NCBI GenBank assembly: GCA_951406725.2
Contig: OX597822.1
Coordinates: 14,694,001-14,758,000 of the forward strand
DNA: 64,000 nt
Source: Octopus vulgaris
Taxonomy: Eukaryota
Direction of reading: 5' to 3'
Part shown: one piece after another, positions 27,459-40,970 of the stretch
Layout: every line of letters begins with the position of its first letter
How positions within the stretch are numbered: position 1 is the stretch's first letter
Translations under genes and position numbers: made by a program
Notes under the pieces: generated by a model
Told to the model about the DNA's origin: nothing
What the model saw: only the letters and a program-made list of their open reading frames with translations
Database searches by the model: none

Positions 27459-27633
27459 CATATATATACACATATATATACATATATATATACATATACA
27501 CAAATATATATACACACATATATATACACACATACACATACATACATATACACACATACACATACATACGTATACATACATACATACATCCATACATCCA
27601 TACATACATACATTTATACACATACACACACCC

Positions 27634-27666
<33 letters not shown>

Positions 27667-28041
27667 TACATACATATACATACATACATATACAAATATA
27701 CGCACACACATACATACATACACATATACACATACACGCACATGCACATGTACATGCGTACCCATACACACACACACACACGCGCATCCATATATACACA
27801 CACACACATATACATGTGTGCAAACATACATACATACTCATACACGCACACACACTTACATATACATATATGCACACACTTACCCACATATATACATACA
27901 CATATACATACATACATACATACATATATGCATACATACACACACACATATATATATACATACATACACATACACATACCTATACATATATATACACACA
28001 TATATATACACATGCACATACTTATATCTCTACATACTCGC

Positions 28042-28083
<42 letters not shown>

Positions 28084-28321
28084 ATATACCTATATACATG
28101 TATATATACACACACATATATATATACACATCTACAATTTGTATCTACACTCACATACATGCACATACACATAACTCTACATACCTACATATACATCGAC
28201 ATACTCGCGTACACTCATATATATACATATATCTACATATACACACACACATACATATACATATACACATATATATATATATAAATATATACATAATACA
28301 CATATACACACACATACATAC

Positions 28322-28372
<51 letters not shown>

Positions 28373-29017
28373 CATACATACACATATATATACATACATA
28401 CACATATACATACATGTACATATATATATACACATATACATATATATACACACACATACATATATCAACAATTGAGGGTAAAGTTAATTAGTTATTAATC
28501 AATTTCACCAAGTATTCAGTATGTAAAAGGACCATTATTATTTTGAGTAAACAATGTCTGAGGGAAAATATTCTCTAAGTAGTGGAAGAGGCTAAAAAAC
28601 TTTTTTGGCTGCTATTTCTAGAAAGTTCAGTATGTGGCAAAGTAATTTATTTTACTAAGCCCTAATTATATAATATTTTATACATACATACACATACATA
28701 CACACATACATATACACATACATATGCATACACACATATATATACATACATACATATATACATATATACATATATATACACACACACACACACACACGCA
28801 CATACATATATATATATATATATATATTTTTACATACATACACACACACACACATAATACATGCGTATATTCCTACTATACCCATACATTTCTATACATA
28901 TATACGATACACATATACAAGCGTGCACATACAATATGTGAAAGGTCTTAGGAGAAAAGGTAATCGGGGGTGCTAGGGGAACGGTGGGATTGGGGGGGTT
29001 TTGTGGGTGGGGTGTCA

Positions 29018-29655
29018 TCAATCTGGTTGCCGGGTAGGTCTATAGTTCTTGTAGTTCGCATACTTCTTATGCATGCAATTTGGGGAGTGTTCTGAGAATT
29101 TGTTAAGGAGAGGGCCTTTGGCGAACAAGATCTCTAGGCTCTCCGATATGCAGAGGTCACAGCAGGTATGGCCTCCTGTGTACGAACGCGCCTTCTGTAG
29201 TAGTTTCCACTTGGTCTTGAAGGGGATTGAGTTCCTTTTAAGGTACCAGATGTGGGCGGCGAGGGTAGTTTGGTTGGATTTATCCTGTCGCCGGAACGAG
29301 TGTGTGTGTGCGTACCAACGGGTCTTAAAGCTGTTTGACGTCATTCCGATGTAGGATTTTCTTTTATCGTCAGGGCCTGATCTTACCTCGCATGTATATA
29401 TTAGGTCCCTCTGTAGGCAGTTGTTGTTGAGGGGGCAGGTGGTTTTATCAGGGCAGTTGCAATTGCTATCGGACGTTGGATGGTCCTCGGAAAGAGTAGA
29501 TATGTTAAGTTTTTTCACATTGTTGTTGGCTAGGTTCCTGGCTAGATTGGGCGTGGTAGAGTAGGAGAGTCTAATAGTGTTCTTATTTAGGATAGTGTAG
29601 TACTTATGTTGGGTGGGGAAGTGTTTCTGTAGGAGAGTGAAGAAGATTTTAGCTA
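29018..29655 (-). pseudogene. Penelope-like RT-thumb end, Cys linker and GIY-YIG endonuclease (5'-truncated)
   Basis: KHFPTQHKYYTILNKNTIRLSYS...CNCPDKTTCPLNNNC...LIYTCEV...SYIGMTSNSFKTRWYAH...CDLCISE...LLNK...CMH. The open frame upstream of 29655 is microsatellite from the inverted arm. Confidence 0.85.
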
Positions 29656-30051
29656 TATGTATGTGTGTATATATATATATATTTATTGGTGTATATGTAT
29701 AGACTAGCCTTCTAAGAGTGTAGACATGAATCTGTAGGTACGCGTACGTATGTGTATATACGTGAATGTATGTAGATGTATGTATGTATGAATATAACGC
29801 GTGCGTGCGTGTATGTGTATGAGTGTACGAATGAGTGAGTGTACGTGCTAATGAGTGTGCGTGCGTGAATGAGTGCTTGTTTTCAAGTAGACAGATAAAT
29901 GGACTTGCTGTCATAGCCAAGATCCTTGGGACCAGCGGTCAAAGATAACAAAAGTAATAAATGAAGATAATAAAATTAAAATTAGGGAATGGGTCTGTAT
30001 TTGTATGTATATATATGTGTCTATGTGTAGGTATGTATAGGTACACATATG

Positions 30052-30084
<33 letters not shown>

Positions 30085-30628
30085 ATGTATGTGTATGTAT
30101 ATATATGTGTGTATGTGTATATATGTGTATATAGGGACTAGTGTGCTGTGTGTGCATGTGTGTATGTGTGTATGTATATATATTTTTCTGTGTGTATATG
30201 TATGTGTGGTCGTTTGTGTATATATACATGTGTGTATACGTGTATGCATGTGAGTGAGTGTATGTATATATATATATATATATATATGTGTGTATGTGTA
30301 GATATGTATATGTATGTGTATGTGTATATATATGTATATGTGTGTGTGTGTATGTATGTGTGTATGTATATATGTATGTATGTGTGTGTATATATGTATA
30401 CATATGTGTATAGGTATAAGTGAGAATCTCCTTATTTACCTAAAACTCTATTCTTTTTATATATATTTTTTTATTTTTTTATTTATTCTTTTATCTAATT
30501 TACCACTGACTCCTTGACCACTCCCCCAAGTATGATATTTTGCGCTATGCCTACCCCCAAAAAGTCCCCCACCACCACCCCTTTAAACCTGCCTAAATGT
30601 ATAAATGCCAATACAATTCTTGTTAACT

Positions 30629-30679
30629 AGCTTCCTGAAGATTTCTCTTGAATGAAACAGTTCTAGTCCTGTAGAAGCT
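30629..30679 (+). ncRNA. Type I hammerhead ribozyme in the inverted PLE arm
   Basis: Exact reverse complement of 26359-26409. Confidence 0.7.
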
Positions 30680-30685
30680 CCTTCT

Positions 30686-30746
<61 letters not shown>

Positions 30747-30833
30747 ATAAGGATGAAAAGGAACACACGAGTTGATATATATGGAAAAAATGTCAAGATA
30801 GAAAATGCTAAAATAATTTTATAAAAAACATTT

Positions 30834-30869
30834 CAGTACCGGTTTCAGTCATGGAGACTTTTTCAACAG
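30834..30869 (-). ncRNA. Candidate minimal hammerhead with a U3-A8 core variant
   Basis: Minus strand ctg-TTGAAAA-AGTC(tccat)GACT-GAAAC-CG-GTA-ctg. Stem II is perfect, stem III is palindromic (ACCGGT), and stem I is degraded. Confidence 0.4.
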
Positions 30870-32246
30870 TAACAATTAAATAATTAAATTTAGAAAAATT
30901 AAAAGAAAATTTTTTTTTAAAAGAATATTTGTATAGTGTTCAAATACAAGTGGCATTTTCCTTGTTTCTGCCTGTCTCTGTCTCTCTTGTTTACTCTTGT
31001 TGTCGGCTGTTTATGCACTCCACATTTCGTGCAATTAACGACAATCTTAGGCTTCGAACCAAAATAAAATTTGGGATTTTGCAAAGAGTCAAAGCTTGTA
31101 ACAAAAACAGGTCAGTGGAGACATGCAACAAACCAAACGAAAACAAACATGGAGGGCCGTTAGGCCAGACAATAAAAGAGAAAAGATAGAAAAGATAGAA
31201 AAGAATGCGTCTAGTCTGTGCGACAGACTGAAGGAAAAGAAAGATTATCACGTGAGGAAAAGAAATATGGACGATGGTCACGCGTGAGCCTCTCCCCCTT
31301 TCGTTTTCTCTCACTTCTTTTCTCTACTTCTTTTTTCTCCCCTTCTCTCCCTTTCGTTTTTTCTCTCTCGTCCCTTCTCTAATTCTTTTTCCCCCTTTCA
31401 CTATTTTCTCAATCTCTTTCTCTCTCTCTTCCTCCTTTACACTCTCTCGTTGCTCTTTCTTCCTGTTTCTGTTGTATCTGTATTTCAAAGGGGCCAGACT
31501 TGTCACACTCTGTGTCACGCTGAATATCCCAGAGAACTACGTTAAGGATACACGTGTCTGTGGAGTACTCAGCCACTTGCACATTAATTTCACGAGCAGG
31601 CCATTCCGCTCATCGGATCAACTGGAACCCTCGTCGTCGTAACCGACGGAGTGCCACGATATATATATATATGTATAGTACAAAGTAAGATAGGGGTTAT
31701 GAGTGTAACCCACTATGGGATATCATTTATCCAGACTTTTAAAATCTGTATTTGTATTATTATCTTATCTATTGATTTATATAATATTTTGTATGCTTTT
31801 GATGTTCTCATTTGTAATATGAATAAATAATCCAACATTATAATATCCGTAACTTGAACTAACTAAATTTGTTTCTCCATTTTCTTATTTGTATTGTATA
31901 TATATATATATATATAGTGTGTGTGTGTGTGTGTGTGTACATGCATGTCATTGTAACTCATTTCCACCGCCAATGCTTGACAACCTATGTTAATGTGTTT
32001 ATGTCCTCGTAACGTAGTGGTGCAGCAAAAGTGACCGATAGAAAAACTACCAAGTTCAACAAAATTCGAATCGTTCGAATCGTTCGAGTAAACTTCTTCA
32101 AGGCGATGCTCCAGGATGGCCGCAGTCTAATACCATACATAACTAAATGCTTCTTACTCTGACCCCTTCTCTCATCCCGCTACTGTATACTGTATCTCTG
32201 ACAGTTTCCATATACTAAATAAAGATTTGATTCTTTCTCTTTCCAG

Positions 32247-32446
32247 CAGAACCAAGAAACGATCCGTGCAAGAGGCCATCGTTGCTGCTTTAGTAGTATT
32301 TTCCGTTTTTGTTACCAACATATTAGTATTTGGTTTCACTGCTGTTCTACCAATTTACCTTGTAGAATTCAAGAAGGTTTTTTCGGAATTACATGACCTG
32401 GTACTTCTGGTGATATTTTTACCCGCCGGTGTATTTGGTATTGTTG
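32247..32446 (+). CDS. SLC16/MCT-like transporter copy 2, 200/197-bp exon
   Basis: Acceptor ctttcCAG|CAG|AACC and donor GTTG|gtaagt. Paralogous to 8208-8407. Confidence 0.9.
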
Positions 32447-34167
32447 GTAAGTATTCGCTATATTCAAAAGAAGCAGCCATTGCCTATCCGGTCTTCTTTG
32501 AGTTTGTTTAAAGTCCATTGGACAAATCCTTTAAGAGCAACTAACAATCATGAACTGAAAACATTGATTCATTCAACACTGTTTCATCCAGACAGCTCGG
32601 CATACAGCTCGGCATACAACTCGAGCTGTGCTTCAAAATTATACATATATTTTTTAAAAAATAACTTTCTGTATCATAATTAATTTATAGACGCTGTCGA
32701 TAGCCCAGTGACTGTAGTGTTTGTCCTATGTTAACAACTCTTATATACGTACCCTTAAAAGAAAGCTGTAAATATCAGAGGAAGACAAAGGTTTGTGATT
32801 TTAACATAAAATATGTTATCTCAGAAGAAATACGACAGTAACTTGTTTATTGACTGTGTATATACATTAAGTGTGATAAATAGTCGACTATTTTGATTTA
32901 ATTCTGTCTTTATTGCGCATACTTGATACAAAAAAAAGCACTAGGTAATATTTTTGATACAGATTTATATAAGGATCGTGTGAAAATGCTAATTTCATTT
33001 TCTAGTCTGAAAATTTTCCTAATACCAGTTGCAATGCCTAGGAATAATAGAATACTTTTACCTTAATTGTTAGGAGTGAAAAACAAAAAAATTCCGAAAA
33101 GTTACACTACCTATGTGTAAGGCCTATAACATGGATCATACATACAAACATACATGTGCACACACATACGCACATACATTTACACATACATATGTATATA
33201 TGTAGATATCTATGTAGTGAGGACCTTGGCACAGAAGTCACTGAGTTACGAGGAGTGTGGAATCACTTCTTCGCCAATATTGTTGCTGAGTCTATTCTGA
33301 CCCGGAAGAGTAACACCTTTTAAGGTCCCAGAGTTTTGTTAACAAGCATGTATACCTTCAAGTAGATTGAGATCATCACACTCTCTAGGACAAGGTAATT
33401 TTGATACAAATCCACCGCTGCTGGGATGTGGGATGGCGCGAACAAGGTGGATCTCGATTATATTTCAGACCTTCGTCAGCCCGCTGCAACCACTCTAACA
33501 ATATCCAGTATTTCACCAGTCCCAAACGTAGATGAAGGTGGGTGGCCAAGTGTGTAGGCCTTCTGGTTGAAACACATGGTTCACCCTAAACAAAATCACA
33601 CGAAAACCTCTGTGGTTCTACTCTCTTCCCTAAGCTCACTAGCGATGGTAAACTGGATGACGAGAGCAGGCTTGGTCAGCTGGAAACTCGTAGTCCAGAG
33701 CCACATATTAGCAGCTCTTATGGGAAGGTCGAAGTGTAACGTTGAACAGGAGGAAATGGCTCATTGACTTCAGATTAACTACTTCGATAAGATTTAATGC
33801 TGACGACGGTATGTTTATATACATACATTCATGCATATATATGGTGACTGCCCCCTCGTTATCGAGTATGGCCATTGCACGAAGCTTAATCAATGTTGTT
33901 ATCGTGCAATGCCTGTGCAAGAAGACTTTTTTTAAAGTGAAGAAAGTCTGTGCACTGAGTCAATCCCACTCACTAAGCAACAGCAGCCATAATCCGAAAA
34001 GAAGAACAAGTCAACATCATCGGTAACCACTGAGCCGCAAGTTTTATGTCAGAGTTATCCCAGTTACCTGAGTTACCTTCTCCTAGAAGGATGCCCTAAC
34101 AAAGGCTAGGAGTCCTTCACTCCCAATGGTTAACCACGCAATCAGGTATTCAGTATGATTATTTCTA

Positions 34168-35450
34168 CGAGGGAAGTTCAATAAGTAATGCCTCTGACCC
34201 ACTTGCAGTTGTTGGATCTAGCTGAAATTTTGCATGTGCAATCATTTATATCTCTAAGTGGCAAATTACAGCTCTGAATTAATTGTGGTTTCTGATTTAC
34301 AGGTGTTTGAACCGAGTCAAGTGTGAAATGGAGCCTGTTGAGTGTCGAGCAGTGATCCGGTTTTTGTATTTGAAAGGACGCACACCACGGGAGACTTTTG
34401 ATGAAATGAAAGTAACTTATGGTGATGATGCCCCATCATATGACCTTGTAAAACGCTGGCATCGTGAATTCAAACATGGTCGGAACTCTGTGGAAACAGC
34501 TCCCAGATCTGGTCGCCCCTTCTGCCATTGATGAGGCATCTGTCCGTCAAGTTGAGGCTGCCATTTTGGAAGATCGACGCATAATTATTCGCCAAATAGC
34601 CCATGAGGTCAAGATTAGTACCAGGTCTGTGGAAACTATCATTCATGACCATTTGCATATGTAAAAGGTGTCTGCCAGATGGATTCCCAGGTTGCTCACG
34701 CCTTTCCAGAAGCAAGAACGCGCCGAGTGCTTGAGGGTGAATTTGGAGATGTGCTAAGAAGATGAGTCAAAATTTTTCAAAAGACTGATTACACAGGATG
34801 AAACCTGGGTCCATCACGATGATCCAGAGACCAAAGCCCAGTCAATGCAGTGGAAGCACCGTGACTCACCCCCTCCAAAGAAGGCAAGGGTGCAGCCCTC
34901 CGCTGGCAAGGTCATGCTCACAGTCTTCTGGGACCAGGACGGAGTAGTGATGACAGATTTCCTGGCAAAGGGTACCACAATTGCAGGAGCCTATTATGCT
35001 TCACTTTTGAGGAAATTAAGAGAAGTTATCAAAATCAAGAGGCGGGGCAAGATCAGCAAAGGCATCCTCCTCCTGCAGGACAACGCTCCGGTCCACAACT
35101 CGCTTGTCGCCAGATCAGAAGCACAGGCGTATGGCTATGAACTCCTCCCCCATCCCCCTACTTTCCTGACCTTGCACCCTCTGATTTTCACCTCTTCCCA
35201 GTCATGAAGTTGTTTTTGAAAGGAAAGCGTTTCCCAGATGATGCAGCCTTGATTTCTGAAGTCACGTTCAATTTGGAGGATCAAGCTGAGGTCTTCTACA
35301 AAAGCGGTCTCCAGAGCTGCATCAAACAATGGGAGAAATACGTAACTCTGTGTGGTTGCTATGTAGAAAAAGACTAATAACTGTGCCAAGTTTCGTTGCT
35401 CTACTGCTATGGGAAGTGGGTCAGGGGCATTACTTATTGAACGCCCCTCG
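34168..35450 (+). mobile_element. Full-length (1283 bp) mariner transposon with a defective DD34D transposase
   Basis: TIRs cgagggaagttcaataagtaatgcctctgacccactt / aagtgggtcaggggcattacttattgaacgcccctcg with a TA TSD. Motifs WIPRLL, ITQDETWVHH, LLQDNAPVH and PDLAPSDFHLF, with stops and frameshifts. Confidence 0.93.
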
Positions 35451-35689
35451 TATGTCCCCGCGCATGATACAGCCTTAAAACATTTTTTGGATGGCCGTTG
35501 ACTCTCAAGCGTTCCTCCGCCCTTTGACGGGCTCTGTTTTTCGTCCCGCAGGGTGTCCAATAAACACCCTCCTCACCAAGCAAGCTTGGTGAGGTTGACG
35601 GATTAGTCGCCGACGACACGACCATGCAACAGGTTGTACTGGGTTACATGTTACCAGTGGCATATATATATACATATACATCCGTATAC

Positions 35690-35751
<62 letters not shown>

Positions 35752-35842
35752 GTTTATTTGTGGTCTCCTGTACTCATATATATATATATATATATGCATG
35801 TATATATACATGTAGATGTAAGTATGTACATATATGTATGTA

Positions 35843-36024
35843 TACTCTTTACTCTTTTACTCTTTTACTTGTTTCAGTCATTTGACTACGGCCATGCTGG
35901 AGCACCGCCTTTATTCGAGCAACTCGACCCCGGGACTTATTCTATCGGTCTCTTTTGCCGAACCGCTAAGTAACGGGGACATAAACACACCACCATCGGT
36001 TGTCAAGCAAACACACTCACACAA

Positions 36025-36076
<52 letters not shown>

Positions 36077-36239
36077 GACGGGCTTCTTTCAGTTTCCGTC
36101 TACCAAATCCACTCGCAAGGCTTTGGTCGGCCCGAGGCTATAGTAGAAGACACTTGCCCAAAGTGCCATGCAGTGGGACTGAACCCGGAACCATGTGGTT
36201 GGTAAACAAGCTACTTACCACACAGCCACTCCTGCGCCT
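35843..36239 (-). mobile_element. SINE of the same family as 17185
   Basis: Reverse complement of the head aggcgcaggagtggctgtgtgg and of the tail. Confidence 0.85.
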
Positions 36240-36326
36240 ATATATATATGCATATATTTTATGTATTTATTATATTATTATATGATCGAACGCACGCGTT
36301 ATTTCTCTATTTCTCTTCTCCAAGTA

Positions 36327-36386
<60 letters not shown>

Positions 36387-36585
36387 TATATATATACATT
36401 CATGCATATATACATACATACATACATACATACATACACGTACATACAGGTACTCTATCCAGATTACAAGTTCAGGTTTATGTGTTTACATGCATACATA
36501 TATAGTTATGCGCATATACATGCATACATACATACATTTATATATACATACATATATTCTACATATATACATACATACACAGACA

Positions 36586-37115
36586 CACAGTTACTCTATC
36601 TAGATTACAAGTTAAGGTTTATACATGTAATCATTGGGGCCCTGGGATATGTAACAATGCTTAAATACAAATCTTGAGAAATTAGGCTTCTCAAAAGCAG
36701 AAAAGAGAAAACTAATTCGAATACTACAGATCCAGTTCCAGTCCATCACTGGAACTGAAAAATCTGTTAAAATTTCCAGAAGTTTATCATTTAAATATAT
36801 ATGAGCATGTCTAGATATGCAAGTAAATGCATGAGAATACATACCTAACGCAAAACATACAAATCTGCATACATACATACATACATACATACATACATAC
36901 ATACATACATACATACATACATACATACATACATACATACATGCGTACATACATTCATACACACATACATAAATACATACATACATACACACATACATAC
37001 ATACAAAAATACCCTGTTATTGATGCTGAAATTCCAAAGAAAGAGCCTTCGATCTAGGTTAGAAACCAGTTGTTTCTCTATTAGCAAGAAATCTTGAAAT
37101 ATACTGAATAATGAC
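36586..37115 (+). mobile_element. 3'-terminal remnant of the RLE LINE seen at 60381-62225
   Basis: QLLYLDYKLRFIHVIIGALGYVT and the downstream UTR align with 61750-62225. Confidence 0.75.
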
Positions 37116-37119
37116 TGAC

Positions 37120-37170
<51 letters not shown>

Positions 37171-37185
37171 CATACATACATACAT

Positions 37186-37255
<70 letters not shown>

Positions 37256-37516
37256 ATACATACCTATATTTATAAGATCGAGTTGACCAATTGGAAATGA
37301 GTAGACGAACACTTTACGGAACAAGTCGAACGTTTCTAGCTCTGATTCACTTTGTATCACGTTCCTTGAACAATTAAAAAATTGTCAGATTTCCAAACTA
37401 GATCCATTGTTAATTAGTTATTGATAATTAAAGTATCATTAACAATTGTTAACTCATTAATGAATTGAAACTTAATGAATCATTAAAAGACTTTTCCCTT
37501 CTTTTTCCGTTCTTAG

Positions 37517-37660
37517 GTTTCATGACTGGAATTTTTCTCTCTAAATTTGGCGTAAGAACCACTGGCATCGTGGGAAGCCTATGTCTTACCCTTTCTATTG
37601 GCGCTCCATCGTTCTCTTCGAGTATTTATGTTTTATTGGGATGTTTCAGTCTTTTACCAG
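37517..37660 (+). CDS. SLC16/MCT-like transporter copy 2, 144-bp exon
   Basis: Acceptor ccgttcttag|GTTTC and donor CCAG|gtttgt. Encodes GFMTGIFLSKFGVRTTGIVGS. Confidence 0.9.
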
Positions 37661-37684
37661 GTTTGTATTGCTCTGTATTTTATT

Positions 37685-38290
37685 ATTAGGTTGTCCGGAA
37701 ATTTCTGAACATTTTAAAGTGAAATCCTTTAACACTTCATTGAACACATCTGAAACATAACACAGTTAAAATGCTGGCGTTGCTTGAAGTGGTAGTGCAT
37801 TTCGTCATTGTTCCTGATTAAAAATAAATTTATCTTTCTTTCCGGTTACTCTTTGTTTACATTTGAAATGGATAATAAATATTTCATATTCGCATTTTAA
37901 TGCTTTCCTTTTTCTAATAAAGGAGAAAATGGTGCAGAGACTTGAAAAACCATTTGTGAAGTTTCTGAGGATGATGTTGTAGGTAAATCAACTATTAGAA
38001 GGTGGTTTGCAAAATTTAAAGCTGGAGAGTTTAGCTTAGAAGATGACAGTCGCAGTGGTAGACCTTCAAAATTGGATGAAGATGTTTTGAAGGCCAAAAT
38101 CGAAAAATAAATAAACTCAAATATCACAACTAGAGAACTTACAGAGGAGTTGAAAGTTTCTACAAGTACAGCTCATGAACATCTAGTGAAGCTAGGATTA
38201 ATTTCTCGCTATAATACATAGGTCCCTCACAAACTCTCAGGAAAGAATTGATGGGATCGGTATTCTGTTTGTGATATGTTTTTGAAAAGA
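37685..38290 (+). mobile_element. 5' fragment of a second mariner family
   Basis: Translates to TICEVSEDDVVGKSTIRRWFAKFKAGEFSLEDDSRSGRPSKLDED...VPHKL (mariner HTH and linker), with stops. Begins with TIR-like ttaggttgtccggaa. Confidence 0.75.
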
Positions 38291-38640
38291 GGCAAAGATT
38301 ACATTTCATAGGTGTTTTATAAGTTCTATGTCTGTATGATGATGCTTTTTCTAGAATTTTCCAGGTTACATTGAAAGGACGGGTGTCATTCTCTTTCAAT
38401 TCCCAGAATACTTTGCCAGACTAGTTGGTGTCCTATTCCTGGGGTATCAGAAATAATTTTGGTGGAAATAGAATCGAGTCTTGAATGAAATTTCCGAAGC
38501 CCCTGTGTATGTTTTATATTCTTGTGAGGCACCTACTTGCTCTTTAGCTCTATAAACAATTTCTTTTTTCAAGACATTTACCTTCCAACGGACAGCAAGT
38601 CTTATCTTTGAAGTTGCATTTCCCCAGATTAGAGTCTAGT
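38290..38640 (-). mobile_element. Degenerate Penelope-like GIY-YIG fragment
   Basis: Minus strand CNFKDKTCCPLEGKCL...IVYRAK...YTGASEISFKTRFYFH...WKILEKASSY...KCNLC. Confidence 0.75.
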
Positions 38641-38707
38641 TGTTTGTGATAATTTTCGTGTTATGCTGGTTAATAAAAGAGGCGAAGGTTTTGAAACAAG
38701 AATTAAC

Positions 38708-38846
<139 letters not shown>

Positions 38847-39037
38847 CTAATGTAGGATAAAATTTTTTCCCCGAAAAAATTTTATCAATGGCCAGCATAT
38901 CAAAAAATACTTTTAAAGGTTAAATTTATAAATAATTTACAAGATAAGGGCAAAAGAAAAATTCTAATGCCAAATATGCCGAAAAAAAAGACAAAAATTG
39001 TCAATAACCATTATAATTTATTTTGCCCTTATCTTGT

Positions 39038-39075
<38 letters not shown>

Positions 39076-39379
39076 GATACAAAAATTAAATATAGAAATG
39101 ATCAAGTACATCAATTCTATTCAGGAGTTTTGGTTAATTAAGATAAAAATGTTAGCAACGGTGGAAAGAAATTTATAATAGAAAAATAATATGTGTACAA
39201 GAAATAAATAATTGTTATAGTGTTAGGACTTTTGTATAAAAGGATAAATCTGGCTAAGTATATATGGTAAAATAATAATTAGTTGTTTAGAAATCAATTA
39301 CAGTTAAAAAAACAACAAAATTATAACAGACAAAATAATTAAATAAATACAACTATCGAAATATATTTCTATATATCTC

Positions 39380-40715
39380 GAATAATATGAATCGGAATTC
39401 GTTAATTTCGGTTAATAATATTTTCAGACGTGTTTCTTATTTATCCTCTAATGAAGAAATCTGTAATAGTTATAACCAATATTATAATGATACCCTTAAA
39501 ATACCAGGAGAGTGGAATAGAACTGAATATTGTAATAAGAATGGGAACTGCAATAAATCTTATCATAATAAATGAAAATTGAAGTGAGTGGATTTAATAG
39601 TGGAAATCTATGCAATTTATTCGTAAGTTGTAATGATATGATCAACAACAGTATTAATATTAATAGGAACAAGTGTAGCAACCATATCCTGTTTAAAAAT
39701 AAATATATCAATAGACTGAAACCTAAGGATAATAAGTATACGCCATATGCCAACCCAGATACACCTAATGATGTTAATTACAATAAAGATAATTAAACTT
39801 GGTTTATTATTCCTTGCGCACGACAAATAAAAATTTTGTGAAACTTTTTACAGATCTATAACAAAGCACTTTAATAAAGAACATAAATGTGATAAAATCA
39901 TTAATAATAAAATGATTAGAATAGGATTTTCCGTAAATAAAAATATTTGTTTAGAACTATCTCTTCCTTTAATAATAAAACATTAGAAATTTATACGATA
40001 ATAGAAATAATAATCCTATTACAGAGAATGGTCTAGCTAGAAATTGTGATTGTAGATATATAGGTAAATGTTATTTCAATAATTTTTGTTTACAGAACAA
40101 TATTCTATACAGATGTAGGGTTGATTCCAAACGGAAAAACTATTTTTACATAGGGTCAACGGAAAATTTTTATTAAAAAACGAATCACAAATTATGAGTA
40201 CACCTTTAGGAATAGAGACAGGTTTAACAGTACTAGTCTGAGTAAATTGATTTGGAAACTGAATAGTAAGAAATCATACGACATAAATTGGAAAATACTT
40301 AGTCATGCTAGATCGTACATAATTAATGATGCTAGATGCATCTTGTGTGTAGATGAATTATATCAGAAGAAATTACATAATGAAAGACATATCAAGATAT
40401 GCACATGCTTAAGAAATCAAGAGAGGTCACCATAGAAATAGTATATGGTTTACGGCAAAGTATAAATCACTTTAAACCTGCTAACGAATATTGGGGATGA
40501 TTTATCTCTACTAAATATTGAAGCAGATGTCTTACGTAAGATTAATTTTTGTGGCTCAGATCCTTTGATCTGAGCCACAAAAATTAAAATGCAATTAAAA
40601 AATAAAGCAGAATATATTTCAAATGTAAATAAAGAGTTAGTGTTCAAAATAAACATTATTTTCCATCTCACATAAAAATTTATTTTATGGTTTATTATTG
40701 TTGTTTATATTTCAA

Positions 40716-40783
<68 letters not shown>

Positions 40784-40970
40784 TTCTATGTCTATATATC
40801 TACCTTCTCTATAACGTTATCACTTGATATGAAAATTATGTATTAATGGAAAACCTCTATTAATGGCTGATGAGTGCTCAGCATTTTAAAACTGTTGTAA
40901 CACAACATTTAATAAAATGATGTAGTGCGAAAGGATCGTACCAAATTACCGAAGTTATTCTTGTTGCTTA
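39380..40970 (+). mobile_element. Degenerate Penelope-like element 3' part with a downstream hammerhead relic
   Basis: NIFRRVSYLSSNEEI, KHFNKEHK, NCDCRYIGKC...ILYRC...FYIGSTE and WKILSHARSY...CILCVDE. CTGATGA...GAAA...GTA fold at 40864-40943. Confidence 0.7.

Larger units (their letters stand above)
26272..30690 (-). mobile_element. 5'-truncated Penelope-like element with inverted pseudo-LTR arms of about 1 kb
   Basis: About 26350-27390 and 29657-30690 are near-identical inverted repeats around a GIY-YIG endonuclease reading frame, and each arm has a hammerhead. Confidence 0.8.

Noticed and set aside
26539-28951. Long ORFs rich in H/T/Y/I or C/V/M/Y (for example 27130-28284, 384 aa) and many similar ORFs elsewhere
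   Set aside because: They are translations of (CA)n/(TA)n/(CATA)n microsatellites, which lack stop codons by composition.
29656-29920. N-terminal extension of the 300-aa ORF 29018-29920 as a novel fusion protein
   Set aside because: This part is the inverted repeat arm (identical to the start of ORF 27130), joined in frame by chance at the truncation point.
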